Assembly (NCBI RefSeq): GCF_963921235.1
Contig: NC_086098.1
Span: 7,502,001-7,566,000 of the forward strand
From: Mobula hypostoma
Lineage: Eukaryota
Direction: 5' to 3'
Length of the DNA: 64,000 bases
Below are positions 48,906 to 61,359 of this stretch, piece after piece. The notes beneath the pieces are model-generated. The model worked only from the letters and a program-made list of their open reading frames with translations, did no database searches and was not told the DNA's origin. The number at the start of each line of letters is the position of its first letter. Positions within the stretch are counted from its first letter, which is position 1. A program made the translations under genes and the position numbers.

Positions 48906-49949
48906 GATAAAGAGTGCAAGGCAAAGTAATGAGAAGCACACCACTATCTGAGTCTTTCAGAGATTATTTTGCTGCAATTCTCTTCCCATTTGCAATGCTC
49001 TGACTGGAATATTATTTTGTGCTTTGCTTGGAACAGAGCATTCTATTTGGCAACAGAGATTGAGGTAAGAAAATACACAGTACTGTGCACCAAATTAATA
49101 AATAGGTCATTAACATAAAAGGATCTTTTTGATGATGAAAAATATCAGACCTTCTTTTCACTTTTATAAGACCTTTAAAAGACCCAATGAAAATGTGATC
49201 AAATCCCAATGGGGCAATTGATTAGAAACATCTGCACAGAATTAACATCTGTTTAAAATGCTTTCTACAAACATGTAGCAATGAAGAAAATGACAGATAC
49301 AGAACACAGTTATTCCACTCTGATCCTTTGGTTATCGATTAGAATTAACATTGAAAAAGGGACTTGCTGAGATTGCACATTATCACAGCATGTGGCAAAG
49401 GGCTCATCTTCTGTGGAAAGATAATGTCCAAGCAAGAGCTTCAAATCATATCATATTTTTACTCAATTGCTATCTATTGTATATATAAATAATGGCACTT
49501 CCATGATTTCCTTTCACATTTAAATTTAAAAAGCAGTGAAATCTCCATTACATGGATCATAGATTTTTGAGTCCTTTTGAATCACCGAATCTCATCATCC
49601 CTTGCGAAATGAGGTTCTTCAGAGTTTAGTTAGAAGATAAAGTGCTACATCATTCAGTGGTGTTGCATGCAGACATTTTGTATATTAAATACTAAACTCA
49701 TTATTAAGCATATAGTTTTTTGTGTAAACCCACTGCACACATATTTTCTTCTGCAGGCTGAATAAAATCCTTGTTTTGGCTCGTGTGTGGTGTCAGTAGC
49801 AGCATACAGTTCCCAAGGCAGAATGTCTGGAACTCCTGTCAAGTGCTGAGGGAAGTGTTGCCTTTCAAATAAAGTTAAAGTGAATCTGCCCTCTCCAAAT
49901 TTCTAAAAAAAAAATAGGTAGGTGAGAATTCCAGAGGTCCTGGCTAATA

Positions 49950-50345
49950 TACACTCAGTATCCAATAATAATAGCAAATATCTAATAAGCCAATCTTGCA
50001 GCAACAACTCAATGTATAAAAGTATGCAGACATGGTCAAGAGGTTCAGCTGTGTTCAGACCAAAAGTCAGAATGGGGAGGAAATGTGATCCAAGTACCCT
50101 TGACTGTGAAATGATTGTTGGTGCCAGATGGGTTGGTTTGAGTATCTCAAACTGCGGATCTCCTGGGATTTTCACACACAACAGTCTCTAGAGATTGCAG
50201 AGAATTGTACGAAAAATTTAAAAAAACACACCCAGTGAGTGTTTTGCCCAGTACTGTGGGCAAAAATGGATTGTTAATGAGAGAAGACAGAGGAGAATGG
50301 CTAGACTGGTTCAAGCTGACAGGAAGGCAACAGTAACTTGAATAC
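49950..50345 (+). mobile_element. Tc1-type non-autonomous fragment
   Basis: MGRKCDPSTLDCEMIVGARWVGLSIS; same family as 40712-41265. Confidence 0.75.
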
Positions 50346-51439
50346 CAAATCAAAACAGTCAAATTATATCTAATTAAGTTTAATTAATGTTCAAACATAC
50401 ATAGATACAGCCAAACAAAACAGTATTCATCTGGGGGCAGGATGAAAAACATACACAGCATATTAAAAATAGTGAGAAAAAAGGCATAGTCACGCAAAAA
50501 ACCCAACGCACATCTCGTGCAAGAACCTGAGCAAGATGTCCCACAAATTGTTGTTAGAGTGTCCCAGCAGTGTGCAGACACACACAGTCCAGCCTGTCAT
50601 TCCACCGATGGAACTCTGGAGGGCAGCACCAGCAAGAGAGAGGCCAAGTCATTGGGTATACTTAAGACAGAGCTTGATGGGTTCTTGACTTGTCAGGGCA
50701 TGAAGGGATACGGGGAGAAGGCAGGAGATTTGGGTTGAGAGGGAAATGGATCAGCCATGATGGAATGGTGAAACAGACTCGATGGGCCAAATTGTTTAAT
50801 TCTGCTCTTATATTTTATGGTCTTACTTTTCTTTCATCCATGTGCCTATCTAAGAGATTTGTAAACATCCCTAATGTATCTCCCTCTACCATCCCCCCTA
50901 ACTGAGCGTTCTATGTACCCACCATTCCATGTATAAAAAACTTACCTCTGACTAACCCCTCCGCCACACTTTCCTTCTTATGTGAAAATGAAACAAATCT
51001 AAATCTGAATTCCTTATTAATTCAAAGCAGTTTCCACTGAGTTAAGGTCAACAACTCAAGCATGCAGGCTTAAATTAATTAGCAGCAGAACTGTGGTTGG
51101 GAACAAGAATAAAATCAAAATCCAACAGCTTGGAAAACCCTTGAAGGGCCACAAACAAATGCAAACGCCAAGTGCCGCTAAATTCCCTATTGTGGCAGCA
51201 CCATCCTTGAGTGGAATGTTCTAAAATAGACACAAGGAGTGGAGGAATTTGAGTTCTCTCAATATGGCTATGGTGATATGGTTCATCTGTTAAGGTACCA
51301 GTCCAGTACCCTGAGACCTGGATAAACCATGCAGAGTGTAAAGATCAAGCCTCACCATAGCAGCCGTGAAGTTTAAATATAGCTAATTATGGTGATGGTT
51401 GTACGTCATGTCCGACAATGACTGGAATCCTGGGTAGGA

Positions 51440-51985
51440 GTGTTTTTAAAGTGGAAAAGCTGTTGCACTGGGAAAGTTCCACTCTCTCAACCTCAGAAGT
51501 CCAGGACCAGTGGTAGGAACAAACATCACAAACTGGGGTCTTTCCTGGCTGCATATTCTGTGCCTTGTCCTGCCCTTCGGTCTCCATGGAGTGCTGCAGT
51601 GCTGCCTTCCTGGCTGTTGGATCTCATCAGACCAGTCTGCTGGAGCTGACTTGCCTGCAAGGAGAACCACATCCGTATCTCACTGGGGTATGAGACCACT
51701 GGCTACCCTCACTGGATCCAGCACGCCTCAAACCAGTCGTTTACCGATGTACCGGCGTGTAGGACAGGAATGCCCTATCTCACCGGGATACGAGGCAGCC
51801 AGCTACCCTCGCCCGGTTTAGCCCACCTGTCGAAGCGGTCTGATCATTGTCGCACGCAGACAGCTACTTGGAGCCGCAGGGGAGAGCTGAGTGTCCAGTG
51901 GAGATCAAAGCTGAGTGAGCTGCCCTAGACTGGATATCACAATTTCCTTCACCAGAGGTGACACCACTCACTGGACACCCCATAC
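51440..51985 (-). mobile_element. Degenerate RTE-like 5' region
   Basis: Minus strand ggggtgtccagt..cacctctggtgaagg..gggcagctcactc..ggctccaagtagctgt resembles RTE leaders. Confidence 0.4.
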
Positions 51986-52234
51986 ACCCATACAGCATAT
52001 AGTTCATAATCTGTAAATTAAATCAACTACTGATTACACATGGCTTCATTCAGGAGGGATAATTTGCTGATTCTACCCGAGCTGACTGAGTGAGGCACAG
52101 TTGTTTCTAGACAACTACATGAATGCAGAAATAATAAAACTGAACCAGCCACCACACACCAGAATGGGGATGGGAAAGTTGCTCTTGGTCCAGTAATCCT
52201 AGTCTAGTCCTCCTCTGAAATATCTGGTGCCTAA

Positions 52235-52900
52235 TGGCTAAACTGTGGGTCTTCACTAAGGAGAAGGATATTGAATTGTGTAGGGTAAAGGAAACAAGGG
52301 TAGTTATGGAAAGTATGACAATTAAAGAAGAGGAAGTACTGATGCTTTTAAGGAATGTAAAAGTGGATAAGTCTCCGGGTCTGGACAAGATATTCTCTAG
52401 GACCTTAAGGGAAGTTAGTGTAGAAATAGCAGGGGCTCTGACAGAAATATTTCAAATGTCATAAGAAACGGGGATGATGCCGGAGGATTGGCGTATTGCT
52501 GATGTGGTTCCATTGTTTAAAAAGGGTTCTAAGAGTAAACCTAGCAATTATCGGCCTGTGAGTTTGACGTCAGTGTGGATAAATTGATGGAAAGTATTCT
52601 TAAAGATGGTATATATAATTATCTGGATAGACAGGGTCTGATTAGGAACAGTCAACATGGATTTGTGCGTGGAAGGTCATGTTTGACAAATCTTATTGAA
52701 TTTTTTGATGAGGTCACTAAGAAAGTTGAGGAGGGTAAAGCAGTGGATGTTGTCTATATGGACTTCAGTAAGGCCTTTGACAAGGTTCCACACGGAAGGT
52801 CAGTTAGGAAGGTTCAATCGTTAGGCATTAATACGGAAGTAGTAAAATGGATTCAGCAGTGGCTAAATGTGAGACGCTAGAGAGTAGTGGTGAATAACTG
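52235..52900 (+). mobile_element. CR1 RT fragment
   Basis: KSPGLDKIF, NYRPVSLTS, QHGFVRGRSCLTNLIEFF, YMDFSKAFDKVPH. Confidence 0.9.
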
Positions 52901-52902
52901 TG

Positions 52903-53537
52903 TAAACAACAGGAATTCTGCAGATGCTGGAAATTCAAGCAACACACATCAAAGTTGCTGGTGAACACAGCAGGCCAAGCAGCATCTGTAGGAAGAGTTG
53001 CAGTTGACGTTTCAGGCCGAGACCCTTCGTCAGGACTAACTGAAGGAAGAGTGAGTAAGGGATTTGAAAGTTGGAGAGGGAGGGGGAGATCCAAAATGAT
53101 AGGAGAAGACAGGACGGGGAGGGATAGAGCCAAGAGCTGGACAGGTGATAGGCAAAAGGGGATAAGAGAGGATCATGGGACAGGAGGTCTGGGAAGAAAG
53201 ACAAGGGGGGGGCACCCAGAGGATGGGCAAGAGGTATATTCAGAGGGACAGAGAGAGAAAAAGGAGATTGAGAGAAAGAATGTGTGCATAAAAATGAGTA
53301 ACAGATGGGGTACGAGGGGGAGGTGGGGCATTAACGAAAGTTAGAGAAGTCGATGTTCATGCCATCAGGTTGGAGGCTACCCAGACAGAATACAAGGGTG
53401 TTGTTCCTCCAACCTGAGTGTGGCTTCATCTTTACAGCAGAGGAGGCTGTGGATAGACATGTCAGAATGGGAATGGGATGTGGAATTAAAATGTATGGCC
53501 ACTGGGAGATCCTGCTTTCTCTGGCGGACAGAGCATA
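52903..53537 (-). mobile_element. Penelope-like element 3' part (GIY-YIG end and pLTR)
   Basis: Highly similar to 43450-44087; hammerhead core at 53002-53037 (-). Confidence 0.88.
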
Positions 53538-55424
53538 GATGTTGTCGTTTACGGTTAAATTGAATAGATATATGGACAGGAAAGGAATGGAGGGTTATGG
53601 GCTGAGTGCAGGTCAGTGGGACTAGGTGAGAGTAAGAGTTTGGCATGGACTAGAAGGGCAGAGATGGCCTGTTTCCCTGCTGTAATTGTTATGTGGTTAT
53701 ATGGTTATATAAATGATTGTTTTTGCTGACAGGGTGGTTTGAGTATCTCAGAAACTGGTAATTTCATGCAGAAAATTCTTGAGATTTTACAGAGAATTGT
53801 GCAAAACCCCCCAAAAAATCCTGGTTACACCTAGGGACAGTTTGAAAGCTTGGGCAGAAAACTTTGTTGAGCTGCTTTCACAAGCCTGTCAGGAGGACAG
53901 AGTTACTATGGAGTTGGGGGGCAGAGCTAAGATGAGGGGTGTAAAGTTATGATGGCGCTTGACAGCGACTCCTTCAAGCTCATCTGTGGAAACAGCTTAA
54001 TTTCTACCTTTAATGTCGGCTCCTCTTCCTTTTCAAGGTGGACAGGGTTCTGCGGTGACCCTGACCTGGAGTTATACTCAGACTTCAGTTCTTTGCGGCA
54101 GAGGGACCTGCTCCAGGGGCTCACGACTGAGTGTTTTTCCATATCCCAAGGATGCAGCCTAGAAGTCTGGTGTGCCTTTGGGGTTCTGAGGCTTTATGGC
54201 CCTGTGGATGTGCCAGTTCTAAGCTGGTGCCACTGGCTGAAGGGTCATGAGAGAAAATGGAGCATTGGGGACAGCTGATCGGTTGTAGGGGGCTCTGTAC
54301 TTGGTGAATCGCGAGGCTCTCCTGCTTTCTCTTGTTGGTGGGGGAGAGTTTGTTGCAGATTCATGAGTCAGAGAATTGGGAGAAAAAAAGCAATGCAGCA
54401 AACTTTATCATTGTAAATCAGTGAGTTGTTTTGTTTATATCTCCCTCTTTCTCTGTGAAAAGAGATCTCTCTATCCCTTTATTGGGGAGAGATAGAGACG
54501 GCCTGTGGTTTGTTGAATTGTCAGGTGAATGATTATTTTTTTGTTGCACTGCGGATCATGGTCTTTCTTGGGGGCTTTGCTATTCCATGCTTGGTAGGTG
54601 GAGGGTGCTGATACTTTTTGCTGAAGTAAATAGGGTAGGGGGAAGGCCGTTGCTTTGCTGCTGCTTGTGCGAGGTAGGGGGCTTTGGGATTCTAATGTTT
54701 TTACTGTCATTCACTATTTGGGGCACTCTTCTGTTTTCGCAGATGTCTGTAAAGAACAAGAATTTCAGGCTGTATATTGTATACATTCTCTGATATTAAA
54801 TGGAAATATTGAACTCTAACTATACCCTAATAGGGGTGATGGGTTTATATAGATACTGTCTGACCTACCGAGTTCCTTCAGTAAGTTTGTCTGTTGCTTC
54901 TGGCGACCAGTTTCCACCATCGCAAAGATAAACTTCATCCTCAAGCTCCAGTGATTTTATTGAATATTGACTTGCGATCTGCTGCTGGCTTAGAACCATT
55001 TGTTATCTCATTCAAAAACATATCTAATAGCTAATAGAAAATAAATTTCTCCTCAGTTCAGTGACACTAAATGGATGATTTAATACTGTCTGTATATTGC
55101 AAAGTACTTCTGAAATTTGATTCTATTGACTTAAATAGGTGCTTAAATCCATTGATCTGTGAACGCATTTCAAAGTGAACATCTTTGATGTACCAGGCAA
55201 ATCCAGAACAATATCTCAGTCTTAAGTGTAGCAGCAAGACCAAGGCAGACTATTAGTTAAAGCTAATAGTTCAAAGTTCAAAGTACATTTATTATCAAAG
55301 TACATGTCAATTATACAACCTTGAGATTTGTTTGCTTACTGGCAGCCACAAAACAAGAAACTCAAAAGAACCCAATTTAAAAAGAAAGACCAACACCCTA
55401 TGCACAGAGAAAGAGAAAAAAGAA

Positions 55425-58400
55425 TCATGATTCTGGGAATGAAAAGGTTATCATCTGAGGAGTGTTTCATGGCTCTGGGCCTGTACTTACTGGCTATTAG
55501 AACAAAAAGAGGGGGGGGGGGAATCTCATTGAAATCTATCATATGTTGAAAGGTGTTGACATTATGGTGTTCTGCACAAGGACTCCCAAGTCCCTTTGCA
55601 TCTCAGATTTCTGGATTTTATCCCCATTTAGAAAATAGTCTGCACATTTATTTCTAGTACCAAAGTGCATGACCATGCATTGTCCAACATTGTATTTCAT
55701 TTGCCACTTTCTTGTCCATTCTCCTAATCTGTGTATGTCCTTCTGCAGCCTTCCTGTTTCCTCAATAATACGTGCCCTTCCATCAATCTTTGTATCATCT
55801 GTAAACTTGGCAACAAAGCCACCTACTCCATCATCAAAATCATTGATATACAGCAGAAGAACTGCTTCCAAAACCAACCCCTGTGGAACACCACTAGCAG
55901 ACAACTAGAGAAGGATCCTTTTATTCACACATGCTACCACCTACCAATCAGCCAATGCTCTAACTATGCCAGTAACTTTCCTGTAATACCATGGGCTCTT
56001 AACTTGGTAAGCAGCCTCATGTGTGGCACCTTGTCAAAGGCCTTCTGGAAGTCCAAATATACAACATCCACTGCATCCCCTTTTTTCGACCTGACTTGTA
56101 ATCAACTCAAAGAATTCCAATTGGTGTGCCAGGCAAGATTTTCCCTTAAGAAAACCATGCTGACTTTGTCCTATCTTGTCCTGTGTCACCAAATACTCCG
56201 TAACTTCTTCCTTAATTATTGACTCCAACATCTTCCCAACCACTGAGGTCAGGCTAGCTGGTCTATAATTTCCTTTCTGCTGCCTTCCTCCTTTCTTAAA
56301 GAGTGGAGTGACTATCAAGTATGACAGTGGGAAAGCATGTATGGAACCGGAGGAAAGAGCAGAGGTACTTAATGAATACTTTACTTCAGTATTCAATAGA
56401 CAATAGGTGCAGGAGTAGGCTATTCGGCCTTTTGAGCCAGCACCGCCATTCACTGTGATCATGGCTGATCATCCACAATCAGTACCCCGTTCCTGATTTC
56501 TCCCTGTATCCCTTGACTCCACTATCTTTAAGAGCTCTATCCAACTCTTTCTTGAAAGCATACAGAGAATTGGCCTCCACTACCTTCTGAAGCAGAGCAT
56601 TCCACAGCTCTCTGGGTGAAAAAGTTTTTCCTCAACTCCATTCTAAATGGCTTACCCCTTATCCTTAAACTGTGGCCTCTGGTTCTGGACTCCCCCAACA
56701 TCAGGAACATGTTTGCTGCCTCTAGCATGTCCAACCCCTTAATAATCTTATATGTTTCAATCAGATCACCTCTCATCCTTCTAAATTCCAGTGTATACAA
56801 GCCCAGTCGCTCCAATCTTTCGACATACGACAGTTCCGCCATCCCGGGAATTAACCTTGTGAACCTACGCTGCACTCCCTCAATAGCAAGAATGTCCTTC
56901 CTCAAATTTGGAGACCACTATTGAAAAGGATTTTGGTGATTGTAGTGATGACTTGCAGCAGACTGAAAAGCTTGAGCATGTAGATATTAAGAAAGAGGTT
57001 GTGCTGGAGCTTTTGGAAAGCATCAAGTTGGATAAATCGCTGTGACTGGATGAGATGTACCCCAGGCTACTGTGGGAGGCAAAGGAGAAGATTGCTGAGC
57101 CTCTAGCAATGATCTTTGCATCATCAATGGGGACAGGAGAGGTTCCGGAGGATTGCGGGTGTTGTTCCTTTATTCAAGAAACGGAGTAGAGATAACCCAA
57201 GAAATTGTAGACCAGTGAGTCTTACCTCAGTGGTTGGTAAATTGACGGAGAAGATCCTGAGAGGCAGGATTGATGAACATTTGGAGAGGTATAATATGAT
57301 TAGGAATAGTCAGCATGGCTTTGTCAAGGGCAGGTCATGCCTTACAAGCCAGATTGAACTTTTTGAGGATGTGACTAAACACATTGATGAAGGTAGAGCA
57401 GTAGATATAGTGTATATGGATTTTAGCAAGACATTTGATAAGGTACCCTATGCAAGGCTTATTGAGAAAGTAAGGAGGCATGGGATTCAAGGGGCATTGC
57501 TTTTCGGATTTAGAACTGGCTTGCCCACAGAAGGCAAAGAGTCATATTCTGCATGGAGGTCAGTCACCAGCGGTGTGCCTCAGGGATCTGTTCTGGGACC
57601 CTTACTCTTCGTGATTTTTATAAATGACCTGGATGAGGAAGTGGAGGGATGGGTTAGTAAGTTTGCTGATGACACAAAGTTTGGGTGTGTTGTGGATAGT
57701 GTGGAGAGTTGTCAGAGGTTACAGTGGGACATAGATTGCATACAAAACTGGGCTGAGAAGCAGCAGATGGAGTTCAACTCAGATAAGTGTGAGGTGGTTC
57801 ATTTTGGTAGGTCAAATATGATGGCAGAATATAGTATTAATGGCAAGACTCTTGGCAGTGTGGAGGATCAGCGGGATGTTGGGGTCCGAGTCCATAAGAC
57901 ACTCAAAGCAGCTGCGCAGGTTGACTCTGGTTAAGAAGGCATACGGTGGCCTTCATCAATCGTGGAATTGAATTTAGGAGCCGAGAGGTAATGTTGCAGC
58001 TATATAGGACCCTGGTCAGACACACTTGGAGTACTGTGTTCAGTTCTGGTCGCATCACTACAGGAAGGATTTGGAAGCCATAGAAAGGGTGCAGAGGAGA
58101 TTTACAAGAATGTTGCCTGGATTGGGGAGCATGCCTTATGAAAACAGGATGAGTGAACAAGGGCTTTTTTCCTTGGAGCAACAGCAGATGAGAGGTGACC
58201 TGACAGAGGTATACAAGATGATGAGAGGCATTGATCGTGTGGATAGTCAGAGGCTTTTTCCCCAGGGATGGAATGGTTGCCACAAGGAGACACAGGTTTA
58301 AGGTGCTGGGGAGTCAGTAGAGTGGCGATGTCATACCTCTCTCCCCCTCTCTCCCCCTCCCCTCTCCCCTCTCCCCCCCCCTTCTAATAGTAACTGTACT

Positions 58401-59670
58401 CACTTCTCTTCTCTCACACCCTTCAACATCTGGCACACATCTTACATCTTCCACTGTGAAGAGTGATGCAAAATACTCATTTAGTTCATCTTTTTTTATA
58501 AACATATTTCAAAAATCTTTTATTTTGATATTGGTTGCTGGTTTGCTTTCATATTTCATCTTTTCCCTTCGAATGATTTTTTTTTTGCTTTATAGAAATA
58601 GAAAACCTACAACTGTGCCATGCTGAACTTGTATTTATTTTAGAAATTCAAATTTTTGTAGGTTTTTAAAAAGCATTCCTAACCTTTATCTTCTTGCTAA
58701 TTTTTCCTTTGTTGTATGCTCTCTTTTTTTGTTTTTACATTAGCTTTCAATTCCCTTGTCAGCTACGGTTGTACTATTTTGCCATTTGAGTTTTTATTCG
58801 TTTTTGGAATACATCTATCCTGCACCTTCCACATTTCCCCAGAAACTCACACCATTGCTGCTCTGCTGTCATCCCTGCCAGCATCTCCTTCTAATTTGCT
58901 TTGGTCAACTCCCCTCTCTTAAACAAGCAAAAATCTGCAGGTATTGGTAGCAGGGATCACAGCAGGGGAGCAGTAAGAGAGGGCTTCACTGAACTCCCAT
59001 CAAAGTTTTAAACTTCTTACTCCTCTTTCATACCACTGTGATTTCCTTTACTCCACTGAAGTACTGCTACATCAGATTTTACTTTCTCCCTATCAGATTT
59101 CAAGTTGAACACAATCATACTGTGATCACTGGTTCCTAAAGTTCTTTTATCTTAAGCCCCCCTAATCACCTCCAGTACATTGCATAACACCCAATCCAGT
59201 ACAGCTGATTCCCCAGTAGGCTCACCGACCAACTGCTCTAAAAAGCCATCTCATAGGCTTTCAATAAACTGTTACCAATCTGATTTTCTCAATTGCATAC
59301 ATGTTGAAATCTCCCATGACTATCACAACATTGCCCTTCTGCCATGCCTTTTCTATTTCCTGCTGCAATCTGTGGTCCACATCCTAGCCACTGTTGGGAA
59401 GCCTGTATACAACTGCCTTCATGGTCCTTTTACCCTTGCAGTTTCTGACCTCAACCCAGAAGGATTCATTATCTTCCTAGCCTACGTCACATCTTTCTGC
59501 TGACTTGATGCCAATCTTTACCAGTAGAGCCACGTCATCCCCTCTGCTGACCGTCCTATTCCTCCAATACAATGTGTAACCTTGGACATTCAGCTCCCAA
59601 CTACAACCATCTTCCAGCCATGATACAGTGATGGCCACAACATCATAGCTGACAATCTGTAATATGGCCT
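55425..59670. mobile_element. Cluster of CR1 fragments in both orientations (- 55560-56315, + 56315-58315 with nested - 56396-56918, - 58320-59670 APE region)
   Basis: ORFs 55539-55904, 56034-56462, 56537-56905 and 57116-57934 carry GVPQG / FADD / QHGF motifs; YDVVAIT.SWL..QGYTLY APE remnant. Confidence 0.88.
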
Positions 59671-60464
59671 TATGGATTCCCCTAATGGAGAATAACTGTT
59701 CATGTGGCAACCTGATGTCACCACACAGTCCTCGACAGTCTGGGGTCAGGGGTCAGGGACATGGAATGCAAGACCGCTGGGGATCCTCCCTCCGCCTTCA
59801 CTGCCACTGTGACCTGTCGTCATCTTTCGCCAGCTCCGATTGCTGGGATCGCTCTTCGTCTGGAACCTTCCCCTAGACCTTACTGCCATGGGTAAGATCA
59901 CAGTTTAACAGGAGGAGACTCCTACAGACAAAGCTCAGCCAAAACAGAAATGTCTGCAAAATAGACATTAGTGTATAGAATTGGTAGAATCATTGAAAAG
60001 ACCATGATCGGTGAGATGGCACCATCACAACTTTCCTCTGAAACACTGGTTTAAAAATCTCTCAAGTCAATTGGAAAGAATGGGTACACAGTGCACCTTG
60101 TTACACTTCATGATTTATTTATCTGAGTTACAATGCAGACCTGGTGAGGAAATATATCTTTTCTACTTGTTGCTATTGATTTTTAGTGTTTATTTTTCTT
60201 GCGATTTCTCATAGGTATTACAGGATCTGCACAGAGGTCAGCTAAATATTGCTGCTAATGCATGCACAGTTATTTGTAATCCAATTCAGGCACACAATTC
60301 TTCGGGGTGTACTTGGCAGAGGTCATTAATCAACTGCCGGACTTCAACAGTACCTGAGCCAAGACTAAAGTTTGTTGGCAAGATTACACTCTTTGCACAA
60401 ATTCCAGCAGCCCTCTATTACCTCTACTGGTAAAGGTAAATCATAGATTTTAAAGAACAAAAAA

Positions 60465-61040
60465 TATAGCAGATGGAATAGTGTCAGGAAATGTATGGTC
60501 ATGCACTTTGGTGGAAGAAATGAAAGGGTTGACTATTTCCTAAATAGAGAGAAAATTCAAAAATCTGAGATGCAAAGGGATTTGGGAGTCCTTGTGCAGG
60601 ATTCCCTAAAGGTTAATTTGCAGGTTGAGGCAGTGGTGAGGAAGAAAAATGTGATTTTGGTATTTATTTTTAGAGGACTAGAATATAAAAGCAAGGACGT
60701 AATGTTGAGGCTTTATAAAGCACTGGTGAGGCCTCACTTGGAGTATTGTGAGCAGTTTTGGACCCTTTATCTAAGAAAGGGATGTGCTGACACGGGAGAA
60801 GCCTCAAAGGAGGTGACCGAAAATGATTCTGGTATTGAAAGGCTTATCATATGACGAGCATTTGATGGCCTGTACTAACTGGAGTCCAGAGGAAGGGGGG
60901 GGGGCATCTCATTGAAGCCCATCGAATATTGAAAAGCCTCAACTAAGTGGATGCGGAGAAGATGTTTCCTATGGTGAGGGAGTCTAGGATCCAACGACAT
61001 AACCTCAAAATAGAGGGAGCTCCATTTAGAATGGCGATGA
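60465..61040 (+). mobile_element. CR1 fragment
   Basis: VMHFG..RDLGVLVQDSLK..LYKALVRPHLEYC. Confidence 0.85.
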
Positions 61041-61101
61041 GGCGGCCATTTTAATTCCACTCCCATTCCAATATGCCTATGCATGGCCTCCTCCAATGTC
61101 A

Positions 61102-61330
61102 TGATGTGGTAAACCATGTATACATGTTGTAACTCTGTTACCTGTCTGGACACACCCCTCTGCTGACTGCCCGTGGCTCCTCCCAGAGTCCTGTATAAAG
61201 GTGTTCGTCTTGCCCCTCCCCCTCAGTCCAGGGGCAGACACTCACTGTGGAGGTCGTATTGTACAGCGAATAAAAGCCTTTCAGTATTTTTACCAAACCT
61301 CAGTCTTCTGGAGTAATTGAAGGTGCTTTA
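61102..61330 (+). repeat. Short 5' LTR of Mag-like Gypsy element
   Basis: Starts TGATG, TATA gtataaagg (~61192), AATAAA (61269-61274), followed by gag; exact ends inferred. Confidence 0.7.
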
Positions 61331-61359
61331 ATTTTATTCGCTGTACATTTTAAAACACC

